This document shows, piece by piece, positions 35,378-44,749 of a stretch of DNA of 64,000 nucleotides. Made by a program: the position numbers and the translations under genes. Within the stretch, counting starts at the first letter, position 1; each line of letters begins with the position of its first letter. The notes beneath the pieces were generated by a model. The model worked only from the letters and a program-made list of their open reading frames with translations, ran no database searches and was not told where the DNA came from. Source of the stretch: Candidatus Hydrogenedentota bacterium (GTDB lineage: Bacteria > Hydrogenedentota > Hydrogenedentia > Hydrogenedentales > CAITNO01); NCBI GenBank assembly GCA_012730045.1, contig JAAYBR010000143.1, positions 26,785 to 90,784 of the forward strand, in the 5' to 3' direction.

Positions 35378-36678
35378 GCGCCCTCCACCACGCCGAAGTA
35401 CGGCTTCCGGGTTTTCCAGGCCCCTTTGGTGAAGTCGGGGCATTCCACGGGGGCGGACCCGCGCGCGATGCTCTGCTCCGAGAGTCCGACCACACAGCTC
35501 ATCAGGGCGGCGTCGCACGCGTCCAGCGGGGGCGCGCTTTTTTCGCGGACGGCTTTTGCGAAAAAGGCCAGCACCAGGTAGTCGGTGCCCGCGTGGCCCG
35601 CCTGCAGGGCGGCCTCCCCCATTTCCCGCCACCAGGGATGGTCAAACTCCTTTTCGTAGGGCTCGAAGGGCTCCCACTCGTGGGACACGGGGCTTCTTCC
35701 CTCCAGGTAGACCGAGGTCCGGTGCTGGTCGTAGATGCCGAGGGTTCCCTGGAGCACCCAGCGGTTGTCGTAGGGGCGCGGCAGGGTCATGTCGTTGTTT
35801 ACAACAATCGTCTTCCCCCCGTGCGTGCGGATGACGGTGGTGACCACGTCGCCCTGCATGATCTTCCGCGCGGCGTTGGGGTGGTCCGGGCCCTGCTTCC
35901 GCGCGAAATGCGCGTTGATGCCGAAGGCGCCTGTCGCTGTGGAGGTGAGGGAGGCGAACATGTCGCCGCAGCCGATGTCCAGCCAGCTCAGCACGGGGCC
36001 CAGGCTGTGCGTGGGGTACTGGTCGCAGTTCCGTTTCTCCAGAAAGGCGCCCCGCCAGGACTGTTTTCCGTCCGGCGTGCAGAACCACTCCACGCAGTCG
36101 TGGGCGTAGGCGCAGTGCGCGTGGACCGGGTGGCCGAAGAGGCCCGCGCGGCGCATCTGGAGCAGGGCCAGGTTGTCCCGGCGGAACGACCAGTTCTCCA
36201 GCATCATGCAGGGGACGCCCGTCTCCGCGCTGGTGTTCACCAGCGCCCAGCACTCGTCCACCGTGAGTGCCGCGGGCACCTCGACCCCCGCGTACTTCCC
36301 CGCCCGCATCGTGTCCACCGCCATGGCGGCGTGGGAGTCCCAGGGCGTCGCGATGATCACCGCATCGAGATCGTCCCGCGCCAGCAACCGCCGGTAGTCC
36401 TCCGGTCCGCCGGTGTACTTCTCTGGGGCGGGGCGCCCCGCGGCGGCCAGCAGGGCCGCGGCGGCGTCGGCGGCGGCGGGGTCCACGTCGCACACCGCCG
36501 GGACGTCCACGGACGGCAAAGAGAGCAGGGTTCCCAGCAGGCTCTGCCCGCGGCTGCCTGTGCCGATGATGCCGATGCGCGCGGGGGGGCTCCCCGCGCC
36601 CTCCTGCGCCGCGGCCAGGTTGGCGGCGGCGGCCGCCACGGCCGCCCCCAGAAACGTTCTGCGCGCCATGTCTCTCAT
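35374..36678 (-). CDS. Gfo/Idh/MocA family oxidoreductase, Tat-exported (GH109-like)
   Basis: Track ORF 35374..37308 trimmed to MRDMARRTFLGAAVAAAAANLAAA (Tat motif; AAAGGA upstream). NAD motif IGIIGTGSRGQS. Its stop overlaps the convergent HEAT gene stop (CTAG). Confidence 0.7.
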   Translation of the reverse strand: MRDMARRTFLGAAVAAAAANLAAAQEGAGSPPARIGIIGTGSRGQSLLGTLLSLPSVDVPAVCDVDPAAADAAAALLAAAGRPAPEKYTGGPEDYRRLLARDDLDAVIIATPWDSHAAMAVDTMRAGKYAGVEVPAALTVDECWALVNTSAETGVPCMMLENWSFRRDNLALLQMRRAGLFGHPVHAHCAYAHDCVEWFCTPDGKQSWRGAFLEKRNCDQYPTHSLGPVLSWLDIGCGDMFASLTSTATGAFGINAHFARKQGPDHPNAARKIMQGDVVTTVIRTHGGKTIVVNNDMTLPRPYDNRWVLQGTLGIYDQHRTSVYLEGRSPVSHEWEPFEPYEKEFDHPWWREMGEAALQAGHAGTDYLVLAFFAKAVREKSAPPLDACDAALMSCVVGLSEQSIARGSAPVECPDFTKGAWKTRKPYFGVVEGA

Positions 36679-36822
36679 GTGTCGGGTTCCTTTGACGGCG
36701 GCTCGGGATGGAATCGTGCGCGCCGGCGCGTTGTTTTTTCTTTTCCACATGTTAGAATAACCGGAGTGCGGAAACAAGGCGGCAGGTGTCCCCGTGTCGG
36801 GGCTCCGCCTGTGGAGGTGTTC

Positions 36823-37392
36823 ATGGAATTTTATCTGGAGCTGCTTAACCCGGTGTTTGAGCACCTCGCGGAGTACAAGATCCAGTACATCGGCGGCGCC
36901 GCTATCGGGCTCCCCTTCCTGTACTTCAGCCGCAAGTACACCGTGCCGCTGATTCTGTATCTGCTCGAGATTTCCGTCTACCTTTCCCTGATGCACGGGG
37001 TGGTCCATCTGCTTGTCCTGGTGACGGCCTGGTTCAAGGTCACCTCCTCCATGAAGGCGCTCCGTCCCGACGGGACGCCTTCCGAACAGGTTGACTGGAC
37101 GACCCCCCTCTTTTCGTTCTGGGACCGCTCCCTGTACGAGCCTGCCTGGCTTCTCTACATGGAGGCGTGCTTTGTGGTCATTGTCCTGGTGGTGGTCTTC
37201 CGGTACCGTCCCATGTCCACCCAGCACAAGCCCAAGCCGAGGTACAACCCCGACGGCACCCCGATTGCCAAGAAGGACAAGAAACAGGGCGCGGAGGACT
37301 ACCTCCACAAGTACCGCCGCAGGAAATACGCGGATGAGGTGCGCGCGGAGGATGAGCGGCTGAAGCGGTTGGAAAACCAGCGCCGCAAGTAG
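36823..37392 (+). CDS. hypothetical membrane protein (189 aa) with Lys/Arg-rich C-terminal tail
   Basis: Track ORF 35272..37392 trimmed to the ATG at 36823 (GGAGG 6 nt upstream). Two or three TM helices, then KPKPRYNPDGTPIAKKDKK...KRLENQRRK. Confidence 0.5.
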   Translation: MEFYLELLNPVFEHLAEYKIQYIGGAAIGLPFLYFSRKYTVPLILYLLEISVYLSLMHGVVHLLVLVTAWFKVTSSMKALRPDGTPSEQVDWTTPLFSFWDRSLYEPAWLLYMEACFVVIVLVVVFRYRPMSTQHKPKPRYNPDGTPIAKKDKKQGAEDYLHKYRRRKYADEVRAEDERLKRLENQRRK

Positions 37393-37620
37393 ACGCGGGG
37401 GCGCCGTCCCAGTTCACCGTCCCGGCAGGGTTGGACGGCTGTGCCGGGTGTCGGTTCTTCCCAGGCGGAGATTGTTTGTTTGCATGTTCGCATCTTGCGC
37501 AATTGCCGCAATTGCCGTCGCGCCCGGCCAGTGTTTCATGACTTCCCTAACATGCTCATAAAGAACAAGTTGAACCGATGGAAGAATGCCCGGTCACCGG
37601 ATTTTTTCTTGACAGGGGGG

Positions 37621-37649
37621 TTGGCGAAAACGGGGCTTCCGTGTATAAT
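37621..37649 (+). promoter_or_regulatory. sigma70-type promoter (-35 TTGGCG, 17 nt, -10 TATAAT) for the zinc-ribbon gene pair
   Basis: TTGGCGaaaacggggcttccgtgTATAAT. The TATAAT hexamer is rare in this GC-rich DNA. A second TTGACA lies 29 nt upstream of the -10. There is about 50 nt of 5' UTR with GAGG before the ATG at 37705. Confidence 0.45.
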
Positions 37650-37704
37650 ACCCGTAATGAGAGCGGACCGAAGGTTTCGGGGCCGTGACCTAGAGGCGTG
37701 CGCC

Positions 37705-37875
37705 ATGCACTATACGGGCTATCTCGTGGTGATGACGGGCATCATCGCCGTGGTGATGCTCGTGAGCGTTCCGTCCCTCTTTGCCAGAAAATGCCCCGGA
37801 TGCGGGAAGCGGAACCGGGTGGACGCGCGGCGCTGCCCCGGGTGCGGAGTGGAGCTTCCCCCGGACGATCTGTAA
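37705..37875 (+). CDS. small membrane-anchored zinc-ribbon protein (56 aa)
   Basis: MHYTGYLVVMTGIIAVVMLVSVPSLFARKCPGCGKRNRVDARRCPGCGVELPPDDL has one TM helix plus a CPxCG...CPxCG zinc ribbon. GAGG SD. It lies 22 nt upstream of a larger zinc-ribbon/TPR gene. Confidence 0.45.
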   Translation: MHYTGYLVVMTGIIAVVMLVSVPSLFARKCPGCGKRNRVDARRCPGCGVELPPDDL

Positions 37876-37897
37876 GCCGCCCGCGGCGGGCGACAAC

Positions 37898-39463
37898 ATG
37901 GAAGGCGGACGAACCGTGGCTGAATTGACACAGTGTCCATTTTGCGGAAAAGAGGCGCCGGCGGGAAACCGCAACTGTCCCCATTGCGGGGGGCCCCTGA
38001 AGCAGGGGGCCATCGCCCCCTCCCCCGGAAAGCAATGCCCCAACTGCCGCGCCGAGGTGCAGGGGGGGGACATTATCTGCGTGGCCTGCGGCACGAATCT
38101 GCTCACGGGCCAGCGCGTGGCGGCCACGGGGGAGAAAAAGGACCGGGGCGCCAGGTCCCCCTTCCCGGTGATGGCCGTGCTGAAGTGGCTGGCTGTCGGG
38201 GTCTGCGTGACGGCACTGGTGGCCGGACTGGTACTGGGCGCCGCGTGGCTGCTGGGGGACCCCGTGGCCAAGGCGCGGTCGCAGGCGGCGGCGGGGAACA
38301 TTCCCGAGGCGCTCGCCACGGTGCAGAAGGCGGTGGAGAGCCGGCCCAACAGCCGGGACGCCCGGATTCTTCAGGGAAAACTGCTGATGCAGGCGGGGCA
38401 GCCCGCGCGGGCCGCCGACGCGTTTGAGGCCGCCCTCAAGCTGGACGCGAAGGACCCGGCGCCGGGGTATCTGGCGGTGCTGGCCGCGGCCAAGATGGGC
38501 GGGGAAGAGGGGCTGCGCCGGCAGATCGCCGCGCTGCGGGAACTGGTCCAGCTGCACCCCGGCGAGCAGAAGGCCTGGCGCCTGCTGGTCACGGCGCTCG
38601 GCGCGGCGCACGACTACGGGAACCAGGTGTCTGCCATCTATGACGCGGGCTCCGCGGGAATGGCCACAGGCATTTCCATGGGCGTGATGCCGGGGGTGGC
38701 CCGGGCCCTGGGGAACGACCTGCCGGCCGCCGAGAAGGCTCTGCGCGAGCTGGCGGCCGCCGCGCCGGACAACGGGGACGCCCACGCGGCGCTCGGTCTG
38801 GTGCTCAGTCTCCAGGGGCAGGGCGAACAGGCGGCGCAGGCGCTGCAGGCGTCGCTGGACAAGAACCCCACGGCGCCCGGCCGGGTGCGGTTCCTGCTGT
38901 CCCTGTACCAGCTTCGCAACGGGGCCTATGAGCAGGCCCTTTCGCTGCTCCGGCAGGCCCGAAAGGATATTCCCGAGGATTCCCGCGTGGCGTTTTTCTT
39001 CGCCCTCGCCCTCCAGCAGGCGGGGCTGGGCGATGAGGCGCTCACGGAGTTTGAGCGCGTGTCGTCCGGGTCCGGGCCGTACGCGGCGGAGGCCGCCGTC
39101 CAGATGGCCACCCTCCTGCTCAAGACGGACAACGTGGACCGGGCGGCGGCCGCGATGCGGCGCGCCTCGGAGCAGGGCCTTGCATCGGCCCGCATGATGA
39201 CCATCCAGGGCATTATCCACGCGAAACAGGAGAATCCCGGCGAGGCGGAGAACGCCTACCGCCGCGCCATCCAGGCCGATCCGGACTATGCGGCGGCGCA
39301 TCTGGAACTGGGCCTCCTGCAGGTGGGGCGGAACGCCCTGGACGAGGGGGTCCGCGAGCTGGAGCGCTTTCTGGAGCTTCGGCGGGCGGCCGGGTCGGAC
39401 GGGAATGTGAATGAGATCGAAGTGCTGGTCAGCCAGTTGAAGCAGACGATGCAGGCTTCCTGA
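37898..39463 (+). CDS. double zinc-ribbon / TPR-repeat membrane protein
   Basis: Track ORF 37781..39463 trimmed to MEGGRTVAELTQCPFCGKEAPAGNRNCPHCGG...CPNCRAEVQGGDIICVACG (two zinc ribbons). A TM helix follows (LAVGVCVTALVAGLVLGAAWLL), then multiple TPR-like repeats. Confidence 0.6.
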   Translation: MEGGRTVAELTQCPFCGKEAPAGNRNCPHCGGPLKQGAIAPSPGKQCPNCRAEVQGGDIICVACGTNLLTGQRVAATGEKKDRGARSPFPVMAVLKWLAVGVCVTALVAGLVLGAAWLLGDPVAKARSQAAAGNIPEALATVQKAVESRPNSRDARILQGKLLMQAGQPARAADAFEAALKLDAKDPAPGYLAVLAAAKMGGEEGLRRQIAALRELVQLHPGEQKAWRLLVTALGAAHDYGNQVSAIYDAGSAGMATGISMGVMPGVARALGNDLPAAEKALRELAAAAPDNGDAHAALGLVLSLQGQGEQAAQALQASLDKNPTAPGRVRFLLSLYQLRNGAYEQALSLLRQARKDIPEDSRVAFFFALALQQAGLGDEALTEFERVSSGSGPYAAEAAVQMATLLLKTDNVDRAAAAMRRASEQGLASARMMTIQGIIHAKQENPGEAENAYRRAIQADPDYAAAHLELGLLQVGRNALDEGVRELERFLELRRAAGSDGNVNEIEVLVSQLKQTMQAS

Positions 39464-39495
39464 GCGGCCGGATTTCCTTCAGGAGAAGAGAAGAC

Positions 39496-40944
39496 ATGCG
39501 ACGAACCACACCGTTTCTGACGGTCCTTGCCGCCGCGCTGGTGCTGGCGGCCCCGGCGGCGAACGCCTGGGGCCCCCGCACGCAGACGGCCATTGTGACC
39601 ACGGCGGCCAAACTGGTCTCCAAGGCGGGCAACGCCCCCATTTCGAAAATGGATGAGCACATCCTCGCGGGCGTCGCCCTGCCGCTGTCGGAGATCACGG
39701 CGCGCCATCCGGAGTTCGCCACCGACCCCGTCTCGGTGATCGAGCAGGAAATGGCCCTCCTGTCGGCGGCCCGGCGCGGGCGGGTGGACGTGTATTTCGC
39801 GCACCGGCTCGGCATTCTGGGCAAGATGATCTGCGCCGTCACGGCGCCCCTGGCGGGGGCCGAGGTTACCTGGCGCAACATGTACTACGCCGACGCGGAC
39901 AACGCCATTGCCGGCCTGCGGCTCAAGGAGTTTCCCCGCAAGGAGGTGGACCCGAAGAGCTATTTCGTCCGCCTGCAGGGCGAGATGACGCTGAACTCCG
40001 AACTGATCGAGAAGCAGTACAAGGACGGGGTGGGCTTCAAGGATGTGGCCGCGACCACCTTCCCGGCCGATGCGAGCCGCTCTGTGGCCGCCGTGGCGGA
40101 TGTCTGGTGGACCGTGCTCACCTCCCGCACCGTGCCGGGCGGCGTCTCCGAGGCCCAGCTCCAGGAATACGTCCTCGCCGCGCAGGACTACCTCATCCAG
40201 CGGGGGAACCTGCAGGAGCTGGAGGCCGCCGTGGCCGCCCACAGGCAGCTGACCCCCTTCACGGCGGACATGGACGCCCGCGTCGGCGACATGCTGCTGG
40301 CCGCCGGGTACGAGGACCGCGCCATCGCCGCCTATGAGACCGTGCTGGCGGCCGCCCCGGACCGCAAGGATGTCGCCAAGAAGGTGGCGGACTATTATGT
40401 CGGCAAGGGGAACGGGCTGCTGCAGGACGGGCGGCTGGAGGACGCCCGCGACGCGTTTGCCGCCGCCGCCAAGGCCAACCCGCTGCACCCCGAGGCCGAG
40501 GCCAAACGGCTGGAGGCCGAGGCGCAGATCACCGCCCGCGACGGCCGCCAGGCGGCCCACCGGGACGCCCTCAGCCGGGCGGACGAGCTGCGGGCCATGG
40601 CCGAGCAGGAGGCCGCGCGGTCGTACTACGCGGAGGCCATCAGCTTCCTGCAGCAGGCCGAGGCCGCCTACCAGGAGGTGACGGACGAGTTTCCCTCGGA
40701 GGCGCAGCAGCGGACCCGCGGCCTCCGCGACGTGCGCGACCTGCTGAACCAGTGGAAACAGTCCCTCAAGGGGAGCGCGCCGACCTACAGCGGGCGCGGC
40801 TTCACCGAGGACCTGAACAGCGCCGTGCAGGCGGGCATGAAGGGGTTGGAGCAGGAGGCGCTCGCGGAGATGGCGGACAAGGCCCACGCCGCCGAGATCG
40901 AGCGGCTCACGAAGGAAATGCAGCCGCAGCTCGCTATTCCCTGA
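39496..40944 (+). CDS. secreted hypothetical protein with C-terminal coiled-coil/TPR-like region
   Basis: AGGAGAAG upstream. Signal peptide MRRTTPFLTVLAAALVLAAPAANA. A 482-aa Ala/Glu-rich helical protein. No confident family. Confidence 0.5.
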   Translation: MRRTTPFLTVLAAALVLAAPAANAWGPRTQTAIVTTAAKLVSKAGNAPISKMDEHILAGVALPLSEITARHPEFATDPVSVIEQEMALLSAARRGRVDVYFAHRLGILGKMICAVTAPLAGAEVTWRNMYYADADNAIAGLRLKEFPRKEVDPKSYFVRLQGEMTLNSELIEKQYKDGVGFKDVAATTFPADASRSVAAVADVWWTVLTSRTVPGGVSEAQLQEYVLAAQDYLIQRGNLQELEAAVAAHRQLTPFTADMDARVGDMLLAAGYEDRAIAAYETVLAAAPDRKDVAKKVADYYVGKGNGLLQDGRLEDARDAFAAAAKANPLHPEAEAKRLEAEAQITARDGRQAAHRDALSRADELRAMAEQEAARSYYAEAISFLQQAEAAYQEVTDEFPSEAQQRTRGLRDVRDLLNQWKQSLKGSAPTYSGRGFTEDLNSAVQAGMKGLEQEALAEMADKAHAAEIERLTKEMQPQLAIP

Positions 40945-41653
40945 CCCCCGCCGCGGCCACCCAGTCCGGGGGCAGAACCCAGGCCCCCGCCGCGGCCGGT
41001 TCGGCGGTCGCGGCGCGCACCCGCCCCAGGTATTCCCGCCGCGGCATGACCACCCCGCCCATGGACGCCAGATGGGCCGTCGGCATCTGCGCGTCAATCA
41101 GGGTGTGCCCCCTCCGCAGGCACAGCGCCGAGAGCGCCGCGAGCGCCGCCTTGCTCGCGTCGCGTGCCAGGTGGAACATGGATTCCGCGAAGAAGCACCC
41201 CCCGATGGAGATGCCGTAGAGTCCGCCCACCAGCGCGCCGTTCTCGCGGCACTCGATGGAATGCGCGTGCCCCTCCTCATGGAGCCGGATGTAGGCTGCG
41301 GCCATCTCCGGAAGGATCCACGTCCCGTCCTGCCCTTCCCGGGGCGTCTCGGCGCAGGCGCGGATCACCTCGGCGAAGGCCGTGTCCACCGTCACCTCGA
41401 AGCGGCCCGAACGCAGGGTGCGCGCCAGCCGCCGGGACACATGTACCCGGCCGGGAAAGAAAACCAGGCGCGGGTCGGGCGACCACCAGAGGATGGGCGT
41501 GTCCTCGCTGTACCAGGGGAAGATGCCGCGGCGGTACGCCTCCAACAGCCTTTCCGGGCTGAGATCCCCGCCCACTGCCAGGAGGCCGTCCCCGTCCGCA
41601 TGTTCGGCTGGGGGAAACCGCAGGGAGCGCAGGGAGAGGCGGTAGAGGGTCAT
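40934..41653 (-). CDS. aat: leucyl/phenylalanyl-tRNA--protein transferase
   Basis: Track ORF 40934..41740 trimmed to MTLYRLSL at 41653 (GGGGAGGGGG SD). The conserved GIFPWYSE and ILWWSPDPR blocks are present. The start overlaps the hemW stop (ATGA). Confidence 0.8.
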   Translation of the reverse strand: MTLYRLSLRSLRFPPAEHADGDGLLAVGGDLSPERLLEAYRRGIFPWYSEDTPILWWSPDPRLVFFPGRVHVSRRLARTLRSGRFEVTVDTAFAEVIRACAETPREGQDGTWILPEMAAAYIRLHEEGHAHSIECRENGALVGGLYGISIGGCFFAESMFHLARDASKAALAALSALCLRRGHTLIDAQMPTAHLASMGGVVMPRREYLGRVRAATAEPAAAGAWVLPPDWVAAAGVRE

Positions 41654-42744
41654 TCCGCCCCCTCCCCCACCAGCGCCAGCCCGATCTCGTTGTTCAGCTC
41701 GAAGCCCGCAACGGTGGGGCGCGCGGCGCGCCCGTCCCATTCCAGGAGCCCCCTTCCCTTCAGGCCCGCCAGCACCGCGCCGAAATCCGCCTCCAGGGAC
41801 GCGCCAAAGCGTTCCCGGTAGCTGTCCGCCGTCAGCCCCTCCCGCAGCCGGAAATGCTGGATCAGGGTCTCCACTTTGATTTCCGGAGGCGTCAGCGCCA
41901 GCGCTTCGGACTTTTCTCCGGGAGCGCGCAGATACCCGTCCAAGTCCGACGGATTCTGCGCCCGCACCCCTCCAGTGAAACAGTACGCCCCCGGGCCGAA
42001 CCCCGCGTACTCCCCGTTGCGCCAGTAGACAAGATTATGGCGGCAGGCCCGGCCGGACAGGCAGAAGTTGGAGATTTCATAGCGGTCATGGGCCGCCAGC
42101 GCCCGGCGCGCCGCCCGGTAGAGGGCCAGGGCGGTGTCCTCGTCCACCGCCTGGTCCCGCCGCGCGGCGAAGGGCGTGCCCTCCTCAAAGGTCAGGCCGT
42201 AGGCCGACACATGGGGCGGGGCCAGGGCTGCCGTCTCCCGCAGGGTTTCCCCCCACGCGTCATGCGGCCTGCCGCCGAAGATGAGGTCCATGCTCCAGTT
42301 GTCGAACACCGCCGCCGTCCGCGCGACGGCCCGGCGCGCGCCTTCCGCGTCATGGCGCCGTCCGAGCCAGGCGAGCACCCGGTCGTCAAAACTCTGCACC
42401 CCCAGGCTCAGGCGGTTGAAGCCCAGCCCCCGCCAGGCGGAGACCTTGTCCGCCGTCACGTCGTCGGGGTTGGCCTCCAGGGTGATTTCGGCGTCGGGCG
42501 CGACAAGGAAGCGGCGCGCCACGGCGTCCAGCACGCGCTCCAAGCCGGCGGGCGGGACCAGGGAGGGGGTTCCCCCGCCGAAGAAGAGGGTGTCCGCCCG
42601 GTCGGGCCCGTCAAACGCCATGATTTCGCGGCACAGCGCCTCCACGAACGCATCCGGCGGGTCGCCTTTCACCGGCAGGCTCACGAAATCGCAGTAGGGG
42701 CACTTCGTCCTGCAGAAGGGAATGTGTATGTAGACACCGAACAT
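41650..42744 (-). CDS. hemW: radical SAM heme chaperone HemW (HemN-like, oxygen-independent coproporphyrinogen oxidase family)
   Basis: Track ORF 41650..43350 trimmed to MFGVYIHIPFCRTKCPYCDF (CxxxCxxC radical SAM motif; GGGGAG SD). HemN C-terminal domain. 364 aa. Confidence 0.8.
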   Translation of the reverse strand: MFGVYIHIPFCRTKCPYCDFVSLPVKGDPPDAFVEALCREIMAFDGPDRADTLFFGGGTPSLVPPAGLERVLDAVARRFLVAPDAEITLEANPDDVTADKVSAWRGLGFNRLSLGVQSFDDRVLAWLGRRHDAEGARRAVARTAAVFDNWSMDLIFGGRPHDAWGETLRETAALAPPHVSAYGLTFEEGTPFAARRDQAVDEDTALALYRAARRALAAHDRYEISNFCLSGRACRHNLVYWRNGEYAGFGPGAYCFTGGVRAQNPSDLDGYLRAPGEKSEALALTPPEIKVETLIQHFRLREGLTADSYRERFGASLEADFGAVLAGLKGRGLLEWDGRAARPTVAGFELNNEIGLALVGEGAE

Positions 42745-42767
42745 GTCCGGGCTCCCCGGATGCGCGC

Positions 42768-44150
42768 CTATCCCTCCGCCCCGCCGGAGGCGGACCCGCC
42801 GACCCGGCCGACAATGTCCCGCTCCGCCACCCAGCCCAGGGACCTGCTGTCGCCCTGCTCCCCGGCCTTGACGGGTGCGAGCAGGAAGTAGTGCCCCTCG
42901 GGAACCTGGGCGTACTCCGGGGCGCGCAGCCGCCCGTAGGGGGCCGCCGCGGCGTCCTCGGCCGTCAGGGCCGGCACGGGGAGCGGACGCTCTTTTCCGT
43001 TCACCAGCAGACGGCCGTCCTCCAGGGCGACCCGCTCGCCGGGCAGCGCGGCGACCCATCCGGTGAAGGAGACCTCCTGGCTCTTGTCGGCCACCGCCGA
43101 CGCCAGCACCAGGTCGCCCCGCCGGGGGCGCGCCCACCGCAGCAGCCAGAGGCGGCTGAGCGGCACCCGGAACCCATAGGCCAGGGCGAGGGCAAAGCGC
43201 CACCGCTGCCCCCCGCCGGCCGTCGGAGCGGTCACGGGGCGGCCCACCAGCAGGCGAACCAGGGTCAGCAGCACGACCAGCGTCGCGGAGACGCGCCACC
43301 AGAGGGTGCCGGAGAAGCCCGTGAAATCGCGCCAGCGGGGGGGCGGCCACCAGATGCAGGCGACGCGCCCCACGAGGTGCTCATTGGGGACCCATCCGAA
43401 CCAGCGTCCGTCGCGGCTGTGCGCGCTGTTGTCGCCCAGCAGCAGGTAGTGCCCCTCCGGGACCATGGAATACTCGTCGCCGGGGAGGACGCCGTAGCGC
43501 CCCTCAAACGGCGCGGTGTAGAAAAGGTCCTCCGGCATGCCCGGAGGCGGCGTCAGCGGTTTTCCATCGGCATACACCGTCCCGTTGCGGATTTGGATGC
43601 GCTCGCCGGGCATGCCGACGATGCGTTTGACCAGCGTTTTAAAAACGGCGTCCTTCTCGACAGTCTTGAAGACGACGATGTCCCAGCGCTGCGGGGGGCT
43701 GCCGTAATAGAGGCGCTTGTTCATGAAGGGCACGCGGATGCCGTAGACCCACTTGTTGACCCAGACCCGGTCACCCTTGCCGAAGCCCGGATCGCCGAGC
43801 AGGGTGGTTTCCATGGAACCCGAGGGGATGCGGTAGGGCTCGGCGACGGCCCAGCGGAAGGCCAGGGCCAGCGCGAGGGCGATCAGGCCGCCGCGGGTCC
43901 ATTCAACGGTCTGCCGCCAGGTCATGCCCGCCGTCAGCCAGCCGACCGCGCCCAGGGCGGTGACCACGGCCCCGGAATACCACATGCCCTCGGAGGTGCC
44001 CGGAACGCCCGTGTTGCCCCGCTGCATCAGCCAGAGGCCGGCGGCCACGGCGGCGACGCCCGCGTAGGTCATCCAGGCGGGCACAAAGACGCGCTCCCTT
44101 TCGGGTTCCGCGCCGCCGGGTTTCCTCTTCTCAGACTTCTCTTTCTTCAT
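42768..44150 (-). CDS. lepB: signal peptidase I (S26) with a degenerate duplicated C-terminal S26-like domain
   Basis: N-terminal TM helices. Catalytic Ser box IPSGSMETTLL, Lys box KRIVGMPGE, and box E GDNSAHSRDGRWFGWVP. The second half repeats the fold (GDLVLASAV...GEQGDSRSLGWV) but lacks the SGSM serine. Confidence 0.7.
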   Translation of the reverse strand: MKKEKSEKRKPGGAEPERERVFVPAWMTYAGVAAVAAGLWLMQRGNTGVPGTSEGMWYSGAVVTALGAVGWLTAGMTWRQTVEWTRGGLIALALALAFRWAVAEPYRIPSGSMETTLLGDPGFGKGDRVWVNKWVYGIRVPFMNKRLYYGSPPQRWDIVVFKTVEKDAVFKTLVKRIVGMPGERIQIRNGTVYADGKPLTPPPGMPEDLFYTAPFEGRYGVLPGDEYSMVPEGHYLLLGDNSAHSRDGRWFGWVPNEHLVGRVACIWWPPPRWRDFTGFSGTLWWRVSATLVVLLTLVRLLVGRPVTAPTAGGGQRWRFALALAYGFRVPLSRLWLLRWARPRRGDLVLASAVADKSQEVSFTGWVAALPGERVALEDGRLLVNGKERPLPVPALTAEDAAAAPYGRLRAPEYAQVPEGHYFLLAPVKAGEQGDSRSLGWVAERDIVGRVGGSASGGAEG

Positions 44151-44219
44151 GCGTGCCTTCCAGAATGCGCCCGGGCGGGACCGTGCCGTTTTTGGGGCGC
44201 GTTTTCGGCGGGGGCCGTC

Positions 44220-44588
44220 TCAGCGGTCCGCGCCGGAGGGGGGATCCGTCACCACGTCATCATAATCAAACGGCGGCACCCCGATAATCAGCGACTCCAG
44301 GTCGCCGACGGACTGGTGCACATGCCCCGGCCGTATCCACACGCAGTCCCCCTGGCGCACCGGAACCTCCTCGCCGTCAATGATGATCACGCCCTCCCCA
44401 TTCAGAATGAAGTAATACTCGTCCGTGCGGCGGTGCCAGTGGGGCTGCGCGTGGTCCGTCCGCAGGCGGGTGATGCTTGCAGGGGCCCCGTCCTCCTTCT
44501 TGAGAATGCGCTGCCGGAACCCGCAGATGCTGCGCTCCTGGTCCTGTTCCTCGACATTGACCTTCACGTATGCGCGCGTGTCGTCCAT
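44220..44588 (-). CDS. cupin-domain protein
   Basis: 122 aa. HWHRRTDEYYFILNGEGVIIIDGEEVPVRQGDCVWIRPGHVH matches the two-His cupin motifs G(X)5HXH...and the second His-containing motif. Confidence 0.65.
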   Translation of the reverse strand: MDDTRAYVKVNVEEQDQERSICGFRQRILKKEDGAPASITRLRTDHAQPHWHRRTDEYYFILNGEGVIIIDGEEVPVRQGDCVWIRPGHVHQSVGDLESLIIGVPPFDYDDVVTDPPSGADR

Positions 44589-44749
44589 CCCGCGGGACTC
44601 CTTTGCCCGAAAAGCGTATCATACCCATGCGCGCGGCGGCCACCCGGGCGGGCAATGCTTGCCCCAACCGCCGCGGTTGTGGTTTGATGGAATGCGCGGC
44701 GCAGGCGGGCATCCGGTTCGGACGCCCGCCGCGCTGGAAGGAGAACACC

